This document shows, one piece after another, positions 1 to 11,431 of a DNA stretch of 64,000 nucleotides. The DNA lies in the NCBI RefSeq assembly GCF_021869535.1, contig NW_026262637.1, positions 16,864,001 through 16,928,000 of the forward strand. The letters are read 5' to 3'. This DNA is from Mytilus californianus. Lineage: Eukaryota. The stretch's first letter is position 1, and the number at the start of each line of letters is the position of its first letter. The position numbers and the translations under genes are program-made. Under the pieces are notes generated by a model. That model searched no databases and had not been told where the DNA came from. It saw only the letters and a program-made list of their open reading frames with translations.

Positions 1-126
1 AACATAGTTTTATCCAGATTGTAATGAATAAATCTAGTTAATATTTCGCCAGGTAATACAAAGTATACATTGCTAATGGCAGTTCATTTAATTATCAAAA
101 AACTAATGTTTTATAACCTTTTTCAG

Positions 127-1289
127 GGCGCAAACCCACCATTCAGAGACTTAAGTCTACTGCAATTCCCAGCCTATTTTCCTGGACCAAGCAAGAGACT
201 GAATCGTCCGCAAAAAGAAAAATCAGGGCAGTTTCCTGTGAAAACAAAAGAATCAAACTTGATGAATATTGTAGTAGAAATCTAGAGGAAAGTTTTGATT
301 GTAAAGTTGGTTTTCCTGAAGAAGTCATTCATACTGCAGAAAGGATTTATGACTGTCCACCACCAACTGCTGAGCAAATGTTGAGCTTCACAGATGGAAT
401 TATGCAAACACCATCAATGCCTATGTTTTCAGCAGAGAATTTTGAAATGAAGACATGTGACACAGCCATGCATTTTTATACCGGTTTAGAGTTGTATACT
501 AAATTTTTATTTGTTTTGACCACACTTGGTCCAGCAGCACATTGTTTGAGATACATATATTTTCAAATTGATAGGGTGTCAGTTGAAAATCAGTTTTTTT
601 ATGACTTTGATGAAATTGAGGCATTATACAACCAACTTTGAACTTTCTAGATTCTAGATTGAATCTAGTGTTAAGAATATTGTGTATACATGGATTGTTT
701 TTATGTCTAAACAGTGGTGTGAGGCTAACACTTGGCCATCTAGTGGTTTAGTCAGGTATTTTTCACCATCCAACTTCAAATTAAAGTTTCCTACGACTTG
801 GATTATTATTGACAGCACAGAATATCCCGTGATAAAACCTAAAGCTCCTAGAGCTCAGGCAACCTTTTCATCATATAAAAACAGAAACACTGAAAATACT
901 TGAATGTTCGACACCTGGTGGTTTAGTCAACGATGTCTCTAATGCATATGTTGGTTCTACCAGTGACTATGAAATAGTTGAAAGATGTAGAATAGTTCAA
1001 TTATGTGATCCAGGTGACAGTGTGATGGCAGACAAAGGTTTAAATGTGCAAGATTTGTTTGCTAACTTTTTTCAAAAAAAGAAACAGAATTAGTTCCAAA
1101 ACTCTTATACGGGATAGAAAAGTCTCCAATTAACATGTGCACATAGAGCGAATTATTGGACTTGGCAAAACATACAAAATTCTAATAAATCCTATGAATG
1201 GAACTGAAACAAAACTTTCATCTGAAATAACATTTAGTTGTACTATGTTGTGTAATTTTAGAACTTGTATTGTCCCAAAGGATACATAA
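127..1289 (+). pseudogene. PIF/Harbinger-type transposase pseudogene (THAP C-terminus + HTH + DDE_Tnp_4-like catalytic domain)
   Basis: After the acceptor ttcag (126), the frame reads RKPTIQRLKSTAIPSLFSW, the THAP-domain AVPTIF-like end, and stays open to 641. Through frameshifts and stops it continues TLMKLRHY..ELSRF*IESSVKNIVYTWI (HTH), WIIIDSTEYPVIKPKAPRAQATFSSYKNRNT, STPGGLVNDVSNAYVGSTSDYEIV..DPGDSVMADKGLNVQDLF and HIERIIGLGKTYKIL, ending CNFRTCIVPKDT* at 1289. These are typical Harbinger DDE motifs. Confidence 0.85.
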
Positions 1290-1583
1290 ATAAAAGTGAC
1301 GCAATGAATTTTGTTCTGATATATATATATTTATAATTACATGCACATGTAAATTGTAATGCATATAAAAATAAGGAGATGTGGTATGATATTCAGTGAG
1401 TTTATCGAACTAAAGTGCATAAGAAACGGGTTTAAGCAGTTACAGGTGTTACTGTCACCGTACAATCTCCAACAATGAGAAAAACTTGTACCATGTAAAA
1501 CATTTCAGAGATCTTACCACTAAGTTTTGTTGTCTCACCTTGACTTTGGTGAATTGTTTATATCTGTTGATGTAAATATAAAA

Positions 1584-2170
1584 AAGAAGATGTGGTATGA
1601 TTGCCAATGAGACAACTCTCCACAAGAGACCAAATGACACAGAAATTAACAGCTATAGGTCACAGTACGGCCTTCAACAATGAACAAAGCCCATACCGCA
1701 CAGTCAGCTATAAAAGGCCCCGAAATGACAATGTAAAACAATTTAAACAAGAAAACTAACGGCCTAATTTATGTACAAAAAATGAACGAATATAACAAAT
1801 ATGCAACACATGAACAAACAACAACCACTGAATTACAGGCTCCTGACTTGGGACAGGCACGCCACATACATGTACATACAGAATGTGTCGGGGTTAAACA
1901 TGTTGGTGGGATCCCAACCCTCCCCCTAACCTGGGACAGTGGTGTAACAGTACAATATAAGAACGAACTATAAAAATCAGTTGAAAGAGGCTTAACTCAT
2001 CAGATGGATAAATACAAATACAAGTGGACGTGGTCGGGTAGTTGTAAATCCAAACAACAAAAAGACATTAAGTACAGATCTGAGAGTACTCAAAGTTACT
2101 GACAGCTAGTTCAAAGCCACTAACAACTGATAAAAAAATCTTGCATCTAAGACTTAATTATCAATCCGTA
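1584..2170 (+). repeat. Dispersed repeat family 1 (aagatgtggtatgattgccaatgagacaactctccac...), full copy
   Basis: The same sequence recurs at about 23475-24130 (+), 27836-28010 (+), 31180-31390 (+, degenerate) and 63618-63812 (-). Boundaries are approximate. Confidence 0.8.
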
Positions 2171-2171
2171 A

Positions 2172-3744
2172 GCTCCCTTTAGAATTTTATAAATTTTAGA
2201 TTTTACATTTCTGAGTTATGGGGTTTTATTCAGGGGGGATTTTCCAGTTTTTGTCGAGCCTGCGACTTTTGTCGCAGAAAGCTCGACATTGGGATAGTGA
2301 TGTGGCGGCGGCGTTAGCTAACTTCTTAAAAGCTTTATAGTTTAGAAGGTGGAAGACCTAGATGCTTCATACTTTGTATATGGATGCCTCATGTTACGAA
2401 GTTTCCGTCAGCCACATGTCCAATGTCCTTGACCTCATTTTCATGGTTCAGTGACTACTTGAAAAAAAAGTTAACATTTTTTGTAATGTTAAATTCTCTC
2501 TTATTATAAGTAGTAGGATAACTATATTTGGTATGTGCGTACCTTGCAAGGTCCTCATGCCCGTCAGACAGTTTTCACTTGACCTCGACCTCATGTCATG
2601 GATCAGTGAACAAGGTTAAGTTTTGGTGGTCAAGTCCATATCTCAGATACTATAAGCAATAGGTCAAGTATATATTTGGTGTATGGAAGGACTGTAAGGC
2701 GTACATGTCCAACTGGCAGGTGTCATCTGACCTTGACCTCATTTTCATGGTTCAGTGGTTATAGTTAAGTTTTTGTGTTTTGGTCTGTTTTCTTATACTG
2801 TATGCAACAGGTCTACTATATTTGGTGTATGGAATGATTGTAAGGTGTACATTTTGTGTACATGTCTAGCTGGCAGGTCTCATTTGACCTTGACCTCATT
2901 TTCATGGTTCAGTGGTCAAAGTTAAGATTTTGAGTTTTGGTCTTTTTTTCTAATACTATATGCAATAGGTCAACTATATTTGGTGTATGGAAATATTTTA
3001 TGATCTATATGTCAGTCGCGCAGGTTTTATTTGACCTTGACCTCATTTTCACAGTTCATTGCTCAGTGTTAAGTTTTTGTGTTTTGGTCTGTTTTTCTTA
3101 AACTATAAGCAATAGGTCAACTATATTTGTTGTATGGAAGAATTGTTAGCTGTACATGTCTGCCTGGCATGGTTCATCTGACCTTGACCTCATTTTCATG
3201 GTTCATTGGTCAATGTTTAGTTTTCTTGGCTAATGTTAAGTTTATGTGACAGTTGTAATAAAGCTTTATATTAAGGACTATCAACATGATATCAGTGATT
3301 AGTAAAGAAGGCGAGACATTTCAGCGTGTGCACTCTTGTTGGACAACAACTCAAAAATGCTTTAAGCAGTTCGCATGAAACTTTGGTGAATTATTTATAG
3401 TTATTGATGTAATCTCCCTATAGATTTTCATAAATTTCAAATATGACATTGAGAAGAAATTGAACTTTATTTGTTTATAGTCTGGCAACAGATTCATTAA
3501 GTATTGCGCAACAGCACAGTGTATTGCACAACAGCAAGAAATCTTTAATTGAATATAAATTCAATTCATATAACCGATTTCAAGTTCTTTGACTACATTT
3601 ATTCAGAAACTATAATATGTCAAATATTTAATTACAATCCAAATTCAGACCTGTATCAAGCTTGAATATTGTGTCCATTTTTGCCCCAACTGTTCAGGGT
3701 TGGACCTCTGCGGGTGTATCCAGCTGCGCTCAGCGAATCAGTTT
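2172..3744 (+). mobile_element. HINE-like element (family 3, 3' part), split by a nested insertion at 2250-3340
   Basis: 2172-2249 and 3341-3744 match the element at 28376-29333: repeat unit ggggattttccagtttt(c)ggacaa(t/c)aactc and 3' end ccccaactgttcagggttggacctctgcggg..ccagctgcgctcagcga. Confidence 0.75.
2250..3340 (+). mobile_element. HINE/DINE-like non-autonomous element (family 2) with ~150-bp internal tandem repeats
   Basis: Starts with the hairpin tgtcgagcctgcgacttttgtcgcagaaagctcgaca, carries about 6 units with core tgaccttgacctcattttcatggttca, ends gaaggcgagacatttcagcgtgtgcactcttgtt, and is inserted in a T-run of the host repeat. Confidence 0.75.
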
Positions 3745-4159
3745 ATTTCTTAATTAAGAACTCCTTTTTTCATTCATAAATTACTTTAAACTTGGAAATA
3801 TAATTTTGCTTGGAGTTATAGTTTCTTAAAAAAGTATTGTCATTGAAAGAGTTGACATGTTGGAATGTACATTTATTCTACATAGTTCTATGGTACCAAA
3901 TCAAAAGTTTATATAAAAGAAAGAAGTCAAAGGTTTCCCATCATAGTTAAGTTACATACATTTTTTTTGTACCTGAGGTCGTTGAATATAGATCATTATA
4001 TAAATAAGGAGATGTGTTATGATTGCCAATGAAACAACTATCATCCATACTTAACAGTAACAAACCACATTTGCAGAGTTGAATAAAATACAGTTGATAA
4101 CATTTACTTATTACTAAAAAGAAAATGCCTAACTATTTTAAACAGTATTTGAATATCAA

Positions 4160-4413
4160 TTATATGGTCATTTTTATAAACTTCCTGTTACAAAACTTTG
4201 AATTTTTCGAAAAACTAAGGATTTTCTTATCCAAGAATAGATTACCTTAGCCGTATTTGGCACAACCTTTTGGAATTTTGGGTCCTCAATGCTCTTCAAC
4301 TTTGTACTTGTTTGGCTTTATAACCATTTTGATCTGAGCGTCACTGATGAGTCTTATGTAGACGAAACGCGCGTCTGGCGTATTAAATTATAATCCTGGT
4401 ACCTTTGATAACT
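4160..4413 (+). repeat. Short interspersed repeat ending tgatgagtcttatgtagacgaaacgcgcgtctggcg (Penelope-end-like)
   Basis: Recognised as an abundant mussel-type repeat. The tgatga..gaaacg end resembles Penelope termini. Single copy in this window, so the family call is tentative. Confidence 0.45.
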
Positions 4414-4679
4414 AATTTGACTATAAACATAGATAAAAAAAGGTACAAACTGGACATAATGCACTAGTTCATAAACAAGTGAGAACAATCACCTTCATAT
4501 AGTGCTCAGAATATGACATTCATAAAAACTTGTTCAATATCATTAGAGAACTCTAAATCTTAAATACTGAAAGCCACCTCTGATAAGTACACTGTACTAT
4601 GCAAGATAATGATATAACTGGACTAAAAATACACACAACCTGTAATTAACTGCCTTTACAGCGCTTTCGCGCTTTGATT

Positions 4680-5243
4680 CTACATTGTGAACAATATTTG
4701 GACAATATACAGCTATTTTACGTCTGATGATATCTTCGGGGACACAATGGAATGAGTTATCTATACCGTCAACCAGTGGATATTTGGTTCTAAAATTAAA
4801 TAAACATGTACACTTTGATATAATAATAAGCCAGGAAAGTTAACAAAATACACATTCTTTCTAAGAACTTAAATATACAACTTTTATTGTGGAATTTAAA
4901 ACATTACTTTTCTAAAATATTCAACAAATCATTTCACAGTATTCAATTTGGATATGTTAATAGTTGTTATATTTAATTTCACATTTTTTATCGTTTTGGC
5001 ATATTCATTTTTTCTTTAAATGCCTGTTATTCATATTTTGTTTAACTATATTGTTACATTTTTTTCAAGATTAACACATTGATTTGGCCTTCAAAAATTG
5101 TTTAATGCTGTATGTGTGAGAGGCATAGTACGTAATTCATTCTGAACTTACCCGCATTGCATATAATAAACAATTTGCTGCCATGGCCGGATAACATTAC
5201 ACATGGTTGTCCTTCCTGGTTCGTATTCATACCAAACAGTTGT
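4680..5243 (-). pseudogene. Truncated third copy of gene A (3' half of exon 4, intron 4, 5' half of exon 5)
   Basis: 5152-5243 matches A1 9783-9874 with the gtaagt donor intact. 4789->4680 matches A1 exon 5 from 9419 with the ttttag acceptor intact. It has a 1-nt deletion (gtgaacaat vs gtggtacaat) and ATG->ATA and CAA->CAT changes. Homology stops abruptly at both ends. Confidence 0.9.
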
Positions 5244-5436
5244 ATAGTCTATTCAATTATGAGAATTTCCAAGTATTTGGTCAATTTATCAAATTGTAAC
5301 TATTTAAATGGACACTTGTCTGAATCAGTCAATGAGAAAAGAAGCATGGATGACTTCCATAGGAATGCCAACAGTCTGTTAAACAGGTTTATTTTACAGA
5401 GTTTTATCTTTCTACCTATCTATCTATCTATCTAAG

Positions 5437-6955
5437 AACAAGAAATGATTGTAACAGGATGCTGTTACGAAGTCTCCCAAACGAAGCTCCCATAATTCGT
5501 AATTCCAAGGGTCGCCTGACATTGGGCAACATCCAGTGAAAATTGGTTTGGTCCAGTAAAGTTATATGCATTAGTGATGCCTGGGGACTAACCTTGTATA
5601 TCATTCAAATCATCTTGGCATGACAAACCATAATATATATGGTTTAGGGGTGGGGATCTCGACCATTTACAAAATACTAGAACATTGGGGGTGGGGAGGA
5701 ACCCCTGGGGACTGACCCTATACGTCATTCAAATGTTCATTACATGACGAACAGGAATATATATGGTTTAGGGGTGGGGATCTCAACCATTTACAAGATA
5801 TTAGAACATTGGGGGTGGGGGGAACCCCTGCGGACTGACCGTATACGTCATTCAAATGTTCGAGACACGACAAATAGGAATATATATGGTTAAGGGGTGG
5901 GGATCTCAACCATTTACAAGATATTAGAACTTTCTTAAATGGCAGGGGGTGGGGGTGACCCCTGGGGACTAACCCTGTATTTCATTTGATGTGCTTTATC
6001 ATGACAAACCAGAATATATATGGTTTAGGGGTGGGGATCTCGACCATCTACAAGATATTAGAACTTTCTCAAATGGCATGGGGGTCGGGATGACCCCTGG
6101 GGACTAACCCTGTATATCATTCAAACCATCTTAGCATGACAAACCAGAATATATATGGTTTAGGGGTGGGGATCTTGACCACTTACAAGGTATTAGAACT
6201 TTCTTAAATGGCAGGGGGTGGGAGTGACCCCTGGGGACTAACCCTGTATTTCATTTGATGTGCTTTATCATGACAAACCAGAATATATATGGTTTAGGGG
6301 TGGGGATCTCGACCATTTACAAGATATTAGAACTTTCTCAAATGGCAGGGGGTCGGGATGACCCCTGGGGACTAACCCTGTATATCATTCAAACCATCTT
6401 AGCATGACAAACCAGAATATATATGGTTTAGGGGTGGGGATCTTGACCACTTACAAGGTATTAGAACTTTCTTAAATGGCAGGGGGTGGGGGTGACCCCT
6501 GGGGACTAACCCTGTATTTCATTTAATGGACTTTATCATTTAGAACATTTTCAATTAAAAAGATTGTTTCTATCACAAACGGTTTTCAATTTATAATCAT
6601 TTGAAAATTAAAAAAAATAAAATCCCATAGGGTTCTATAGTAAAACCCTCTTTTCTTTTTGCCCCTCAAAGTACCCCTTTATAAACCCCATTGCACAAAC
6701 AAAACCCTGATTGCACCACTAGACATGTTAGTCTAACATATTGTGAAACCCTAAGTTAATCTGACAAGCGGTTTTGGAGAACGGGTGCGGACAAGTTCAA
6801 ATTTAAAAGCGGCGGAAGAAGAAGAAGAAGAAGAAGAAGAAGAAGAAGAAGAAGAAGAAGAAGAAGAAGAAGAAGAAGAAGAAGAATAATAATAATAATA
6901 ATAAGAACTGAGCAAAAACAATAAGTCTTCCAAAACTTCGTTTGGGAGACTTAAT
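5437..6955 (-). mobile_element. Complete HINE/DINE-1-like (Helentron-associated) element (family 1)
   Basis: Subterminal inverted repeat aagtctcccaaacgaag (5470-5486) pairs with cttcgtttgggagactt (6936-6952). There is a palindrome at the 6923-6952 end and a stem-loop gtaacag-gatg-ctgttac (5451-5468). It also holds a (GAA)24(TAA)n microsatellite (6815-6904) and 7 tandem units of 123-135 bp. This modular layout is typical of DINE-1/HINE/CvA-type elements. Confidence 0.8.
6815..6904 (+). repeat. Microsatellite (GAA)24 followed by (TAA)n
   Basis: Read directly from the sequence. It lies inside the HINE at 5437-6955. Confidence 0.95.
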
Positions 6956-9193
6956 AAAGAATAAATTGTAATCTGTAACTCTCAATCCAAGTGTTAATCG
7001 ATATTTGATAAGATAGATGCAAGAACTTTGAAACGTTTTCGTGGCGAACAAAGAATCTGACTTTTTTTGTTGGAATACCAGTGCAATCTATATACTGGTA
7101 TCTATTATAGTAAAGCAGATGTTAGGTAGAACACTCTAGGAAATCTGTCTCAAACTGGTCCCAATTCTGGCAGATTTCTTTTCTTTTTTTTTAATAGACA
7201 ACATGAAGTTTGGATATAATATTTTTCATGTGTCGAAATGTAACTAAAACATCAACTGCATTTCGCTGGTTTTCTTTCTGGATCCTTTCTCATGGTGTTT
7301 GTGCTGTTACATGTACCTTTTCTACTCCTTGATTATTGCATTATATTGGTTTTTTATCTCCTTGTCAATCAAAACATATTCACTAAGAATTGTTTTCAGA
7401 TGTCCAATTATCAATTCAGAAAGAAAGGGAAATGGAAATATATTGTTCCATTTGTATTTCCGTTATAGATCCTTTTGCTTGATAAAATGTGGATAAACTA
7501 TTTATGCAAGGGTATCAAGTGGTGAGGTTGAAGTCTTGTATTTGAAAGATTCACAAGTCAGTCGACCATTATTAAATATCTATGTCACAGATGATAACGG
7601 ATATGTTCCAATTGTTGCAAAATTGAGAATGGAAATGGGGAATATGTCAAAGAGACAACAACCCGACCAAAGAGCAGACAATGCCGAACCACAATCTCAA
7701 TTGTAACCAAAATCTCGTCTTCTTTTTTCTAAATTGTTACCTCACAACGTAAGACTTGTAACCAGATTTATACTTCCATGAGCAACACGACGTTTGTTTC
7801 GTGTGGAGCAGGAACTCTTTCGGATTACCTGAGTTGACACCAAATTTAAGTGTGATTAGTTTTCGTTATATTTTGCCATTTCGTATACGTTGTCAGTTTT
7901 TCTTCATTTTGTGAGTTGGAAGTGTCCCCTTGGTATCTGCAACCTCTTTTTATGAGGGGAAAATGTAAGGAAACAACGACCTGTACTTATAAAAATGATA
8001 CAAAAGATGCAGTAGACATCAACAATTATTGTAATGACGCATGGTCTTCCACAAGTATTCCTGACACAGACCTTTATATCTCCAAAATTTTAATTCTGAC
8101 GAAATTTAAATATCAACAAAGAACTATATAATGGTCTAGCGTTAAAAAAATAAGCCTGATTTCTTATCATATCAAAGATTTAAATAGTATGAGCTCATCA
8201 GAATGCAGTTACTGAGACTGTTAACATTTGTCTGTAGACTTTTCTCAAATATTTTTTTTCTGATGGCATTACCAAATTTTGAAATTATAATTCCACTATG
8301 ATTCATATTCACATGAAGTTATATTTCGATTGAAAATTTGTATACCGACAGTCAGGTTATCTCTTGTCTTTTATTACTACATATAAATATAACACATTGT
8401 AGACCTTGTAAAATTTATATAGGGAACAATTATGATAATTTGTTACATTATAAAAGCTATTTATGGAATAACGTTAAGCCCAAGGTATCAAAGTTGTTTA
8501 CGATTATGTGAATTATTCATGAATACAATAACAAATAAGAAATGTACATAAACATAGAAAATAGTGTTTCAGCAAAGAGTAAACAAGTTCAAGACCTGCA
8601 TGGAATGATGAATTAATTAGAGCGCTATTTCGATTCCATAAATATCCTGACTTGCAAAATGTCCCAAAATTTGTGAAAGTTGAGTATCACCTAACTTAAT
8701 AACAAGATATTAGCAACTCATAAAGACATGAATGGCGAGTTTCTTTTGCAGACATAATTGTTTTACATGTAAAATCATAGACCCCTCTTTTACAAATTAT
8801 ATAATTTTGAAAATGTATCCAACTTAATTTATACGTAGACTTCGAAAACAAGCCTCCGATGTGTATTTTCAAAGTGACAAATTAGAATTGGCATGTTAAA
8901 TAGATTAGTACATCTACGCTCGTTTGAAAATGTAAACTGTTTCAAACTTTTTTCAATATTGTGTTTTTAAATCTTTTCTCTGTAGGTTTTGCTCACTAAA
9001 CTAAAAAGTCGCAAGACAGTGTTAACGCACAAAATATTGATAATAAACAAGGATATATATTTTAAACAAACTTTATTTTGCAATATCAATATCAAAAATA
9101 GTTACAAAAAAACTAATAACAAGTATTAAAAAATCACAGATTACTTAATGTCACATTGGTGTGTCCAGTAAAGCGACTTACTCGCTGTACTGA

Positions 9194-11174
9194 TTACCAA
9201 CCAAAAGAAGCAAAAAGATTGTCTAATTTAGATTGTTGTGAAATCTTTTTCTGTCTACATTGGAATTTGCTAGCAGCACAGTGTTGTGGTAGGTCAATAT
9301 CCATTTTTCTACATTGTGGTACAATATTTGGACAATATACAGCTATTTTACGTCTGATAATATCTTCGGGGACACATTGGAATGAGTTATCCATACCGTC
9401 AACCAGTGGATATTTGGTTCTAAAATTAAATAAATATGTACACTTTGATATAATGATTATTCAGGAAAGTGACTAAAATACGCACTCTTTCTAAGAACTT
9501 AGATTTACAACTGTTATTGTGGAATTTAATACATTACTTTTTTAAAATATTCAACAAATTATTTCACAATATTCAATTTGGATTTGTTAATAGCTATCAT
9601 ATTTGATTTCACATTTTTTATCATTTTGGCATATTCATTTTGTCTTTACATGCCTGTTATCTATACTTTTTTAACTGTTAAGTTACTTCTTTGCAAGATT
9701 AACAGATTCATTTGGCCTTCATAAATTGTTTAATGTTGTATGTGTGAGAGGGATATTTATACGTAATTCTTTCTGAACTTACCCGCATTGCATATAATAA
9801 ACAATTTGCTGCCATGGCCGGATAACATTACACATGGTTGTCCTTCCTGGTTCGTATTCATACCAAACAGTTGTAAGGTTAGTATAAGAGCTTGGACATA
9901 TACTGCCACATTCTACAATCTGTGGTCCACTTGGATTTCCAATATCAAGTGGGCAAATACTATAAAAGACAAGTTGAAATACATTTGTCATTCAAATAGC
10001 AGGTTGCATTAATTTCTCTTTCTTCAATGACAATTTATATACGTTTTCTGAAGATTATTCTAATGTGGTATTACTACTCTTTCATTTTCTTTGGCATTTT
10101 AACAGTTATGTTTTATTATGACGGTAAGTAAAAATAATTATAAGAATACACTTACTGAGGGTCATCATAAGGAACAGCTGGTTGGTATATTTTACTGGCA
10201 TCTTCTAAATACATCTGGATTTCTTGGTCGTCTAATATAGCCTGTTCTATTGCCAAACTGCATTAAAAAGATAAAGCAGTTATTTACAGTGCTAATTAAC
10301 AAAAATAACAACAGAGCTACTGTCAAATGTTTTTTTTATGTTTCATTCAATTCTTGTGGAAATGTGCCTTATTAAATGTTTGATAATGAAATTGCAAAAC
10401 ATAATGTAACATCTCTTAATCAGGTGTGTCGTTGGCTGTGCGGGATGTATTTTTGTCTTCAATACGCATTAGATATTTGCAACTGGACCCAAATAATCTA
10501 ATAGAGAATATCACATGCGTATTTAAAGTTTTGAGAGATATCCTTCAATTGTTTTAGATTTCGTGCATAAATAGATGTACCACCATTTTCTACACGAGGA
10601 AATTCCTGTCAGGAATATGACATTTGTTTTCCATTCGTTTGATGTGTATGAGTTTTTGATTTTTCCATTTGATAAAGGATTTTCCGTTTTGAATTTTCTT
10701 TGGAGTTCGGTATTTTTGCTATTCTGCTTTTTATATAAGTAGATAGATAATTCAGTTTAGCAGTATCTTCAAATTTATTAGGTATACATTGTAAATGCCG
10801 GAAACAGGGAATGCAGCAGGATGTTTCAAATAATTATTGAAAGCTAAACGGGTGTAATTCGAATTAATTTAACTGCAATTCAAAAAGTAAGTTGAATGTG
10901 GATAAACGATGAGAATTTTGTAATTAAATGGCTACCATTCGTTCACACTGGCTTAACAAATAGCATGCTTCCAGTGCTTCTGGAGAGTTTGAAATTCGTG
11001 CATCAATATAAAATACTGTATAAAAATGTATACGTACTGATTGTATTCTAACGGATCATGGCATATCTTTCCCATGTCTGGCCATCTGTTTTCAATCGGA
11101 TCAACAATACATTTCTTTCCAAATAACCCAAACACACACGGCAATACAGCAAGGAAAAATATACTTTGTCTCAT
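9194..11174 (-). CDS. Gene A1: secreted Cys-rich protein, divergent Spaetzle/neurotrophin-like (incomplete cystine knot), 213 aa
   Basis: Coding exons are 11174-11038 (137 nt), 10257-10156 (102), 9959-9783 (177) and 9419-9194 (226). All introns are GT-AG and phase 2, and the joined frame is open. Protein: MRQSIFFLAVLPCVFG|LFGKKCIVDPIENRWPDMGKICHDPLEYNHLAIEQAILDDQEIQMYLEDASKIYQPAVPYDDPHICPLDIGNPSGPQIVECGSICPSSYTNLTTVWYEYEPGRTTMCNVIRPWQQIVYYMQCGTKYPLVDGMDNSFQCVPEDIIRRKIAVYCPNIVPQCRKMDIDLPQHCAASKFQCRQKKISQQSKLDNLFASFGW. It has a hydrophobic signal peptide, a non-coding exon 1 at about 11460-11432 (donor gtaaac) and AATAAA at 9077-9072. The structure is well supported; the family call is by Cys spacing and similarity to gene B. 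Confidence 0.88.
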
Positions 11175-11431
11175 CTACAAAAAATAATGAAAATATTATA
11201 TATAGAATTTTGGTTTAATGGCAGAAGCTTTCTAATCGAAATAAAAAAATGAAAGCGCTTATTTCGCTTCACAATATATGCAAAATTTGATCGGATTTGA
11301 TAACTTGCATTGTGTCACAAGTAAATGTGTGCTTATTATTTTTCAAAGTAAATAGTATACATCTTATATGTGAGCTTCTTTATATTTTTTCCCTTAATAT
11401 GCTAAAGATGGAGTACAAGAGAATAGTTTAC

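Noticed and set aside
5580-6530. Regularly spaced repeats resembling a CRISPR array (also 29.4-30.2 kb and 2.4-3.2 kb)
   Set aside because: The whole unit is repeated with no unique spacers, there are no cas genes, the context is eukaryotic, and the arrays are internal to HINEs. The ORFs over them (5718-5909, 29684-30355) are repeat translations.
6751-7051. Poly-Ser and poly-Phe ORFs
   Set aside because: They are translations of the (GAA)n/(TAA)n microsatellite.
9156-10012. Plus-strand ORFs 9156-9476 and 9788-10012 (also 38486-38842, 39434-39772, 5157-5435)
   Set aside because: They are antisense shadows of gene A exons, with no splice logic or recognisable product.
10590-10610. NF-kB-like GGAAATTCC in A1 intron 2
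   Set aside because: It lies in a copy-1-specific repeat insertion and is absent from A2, so there is no evidence of function.
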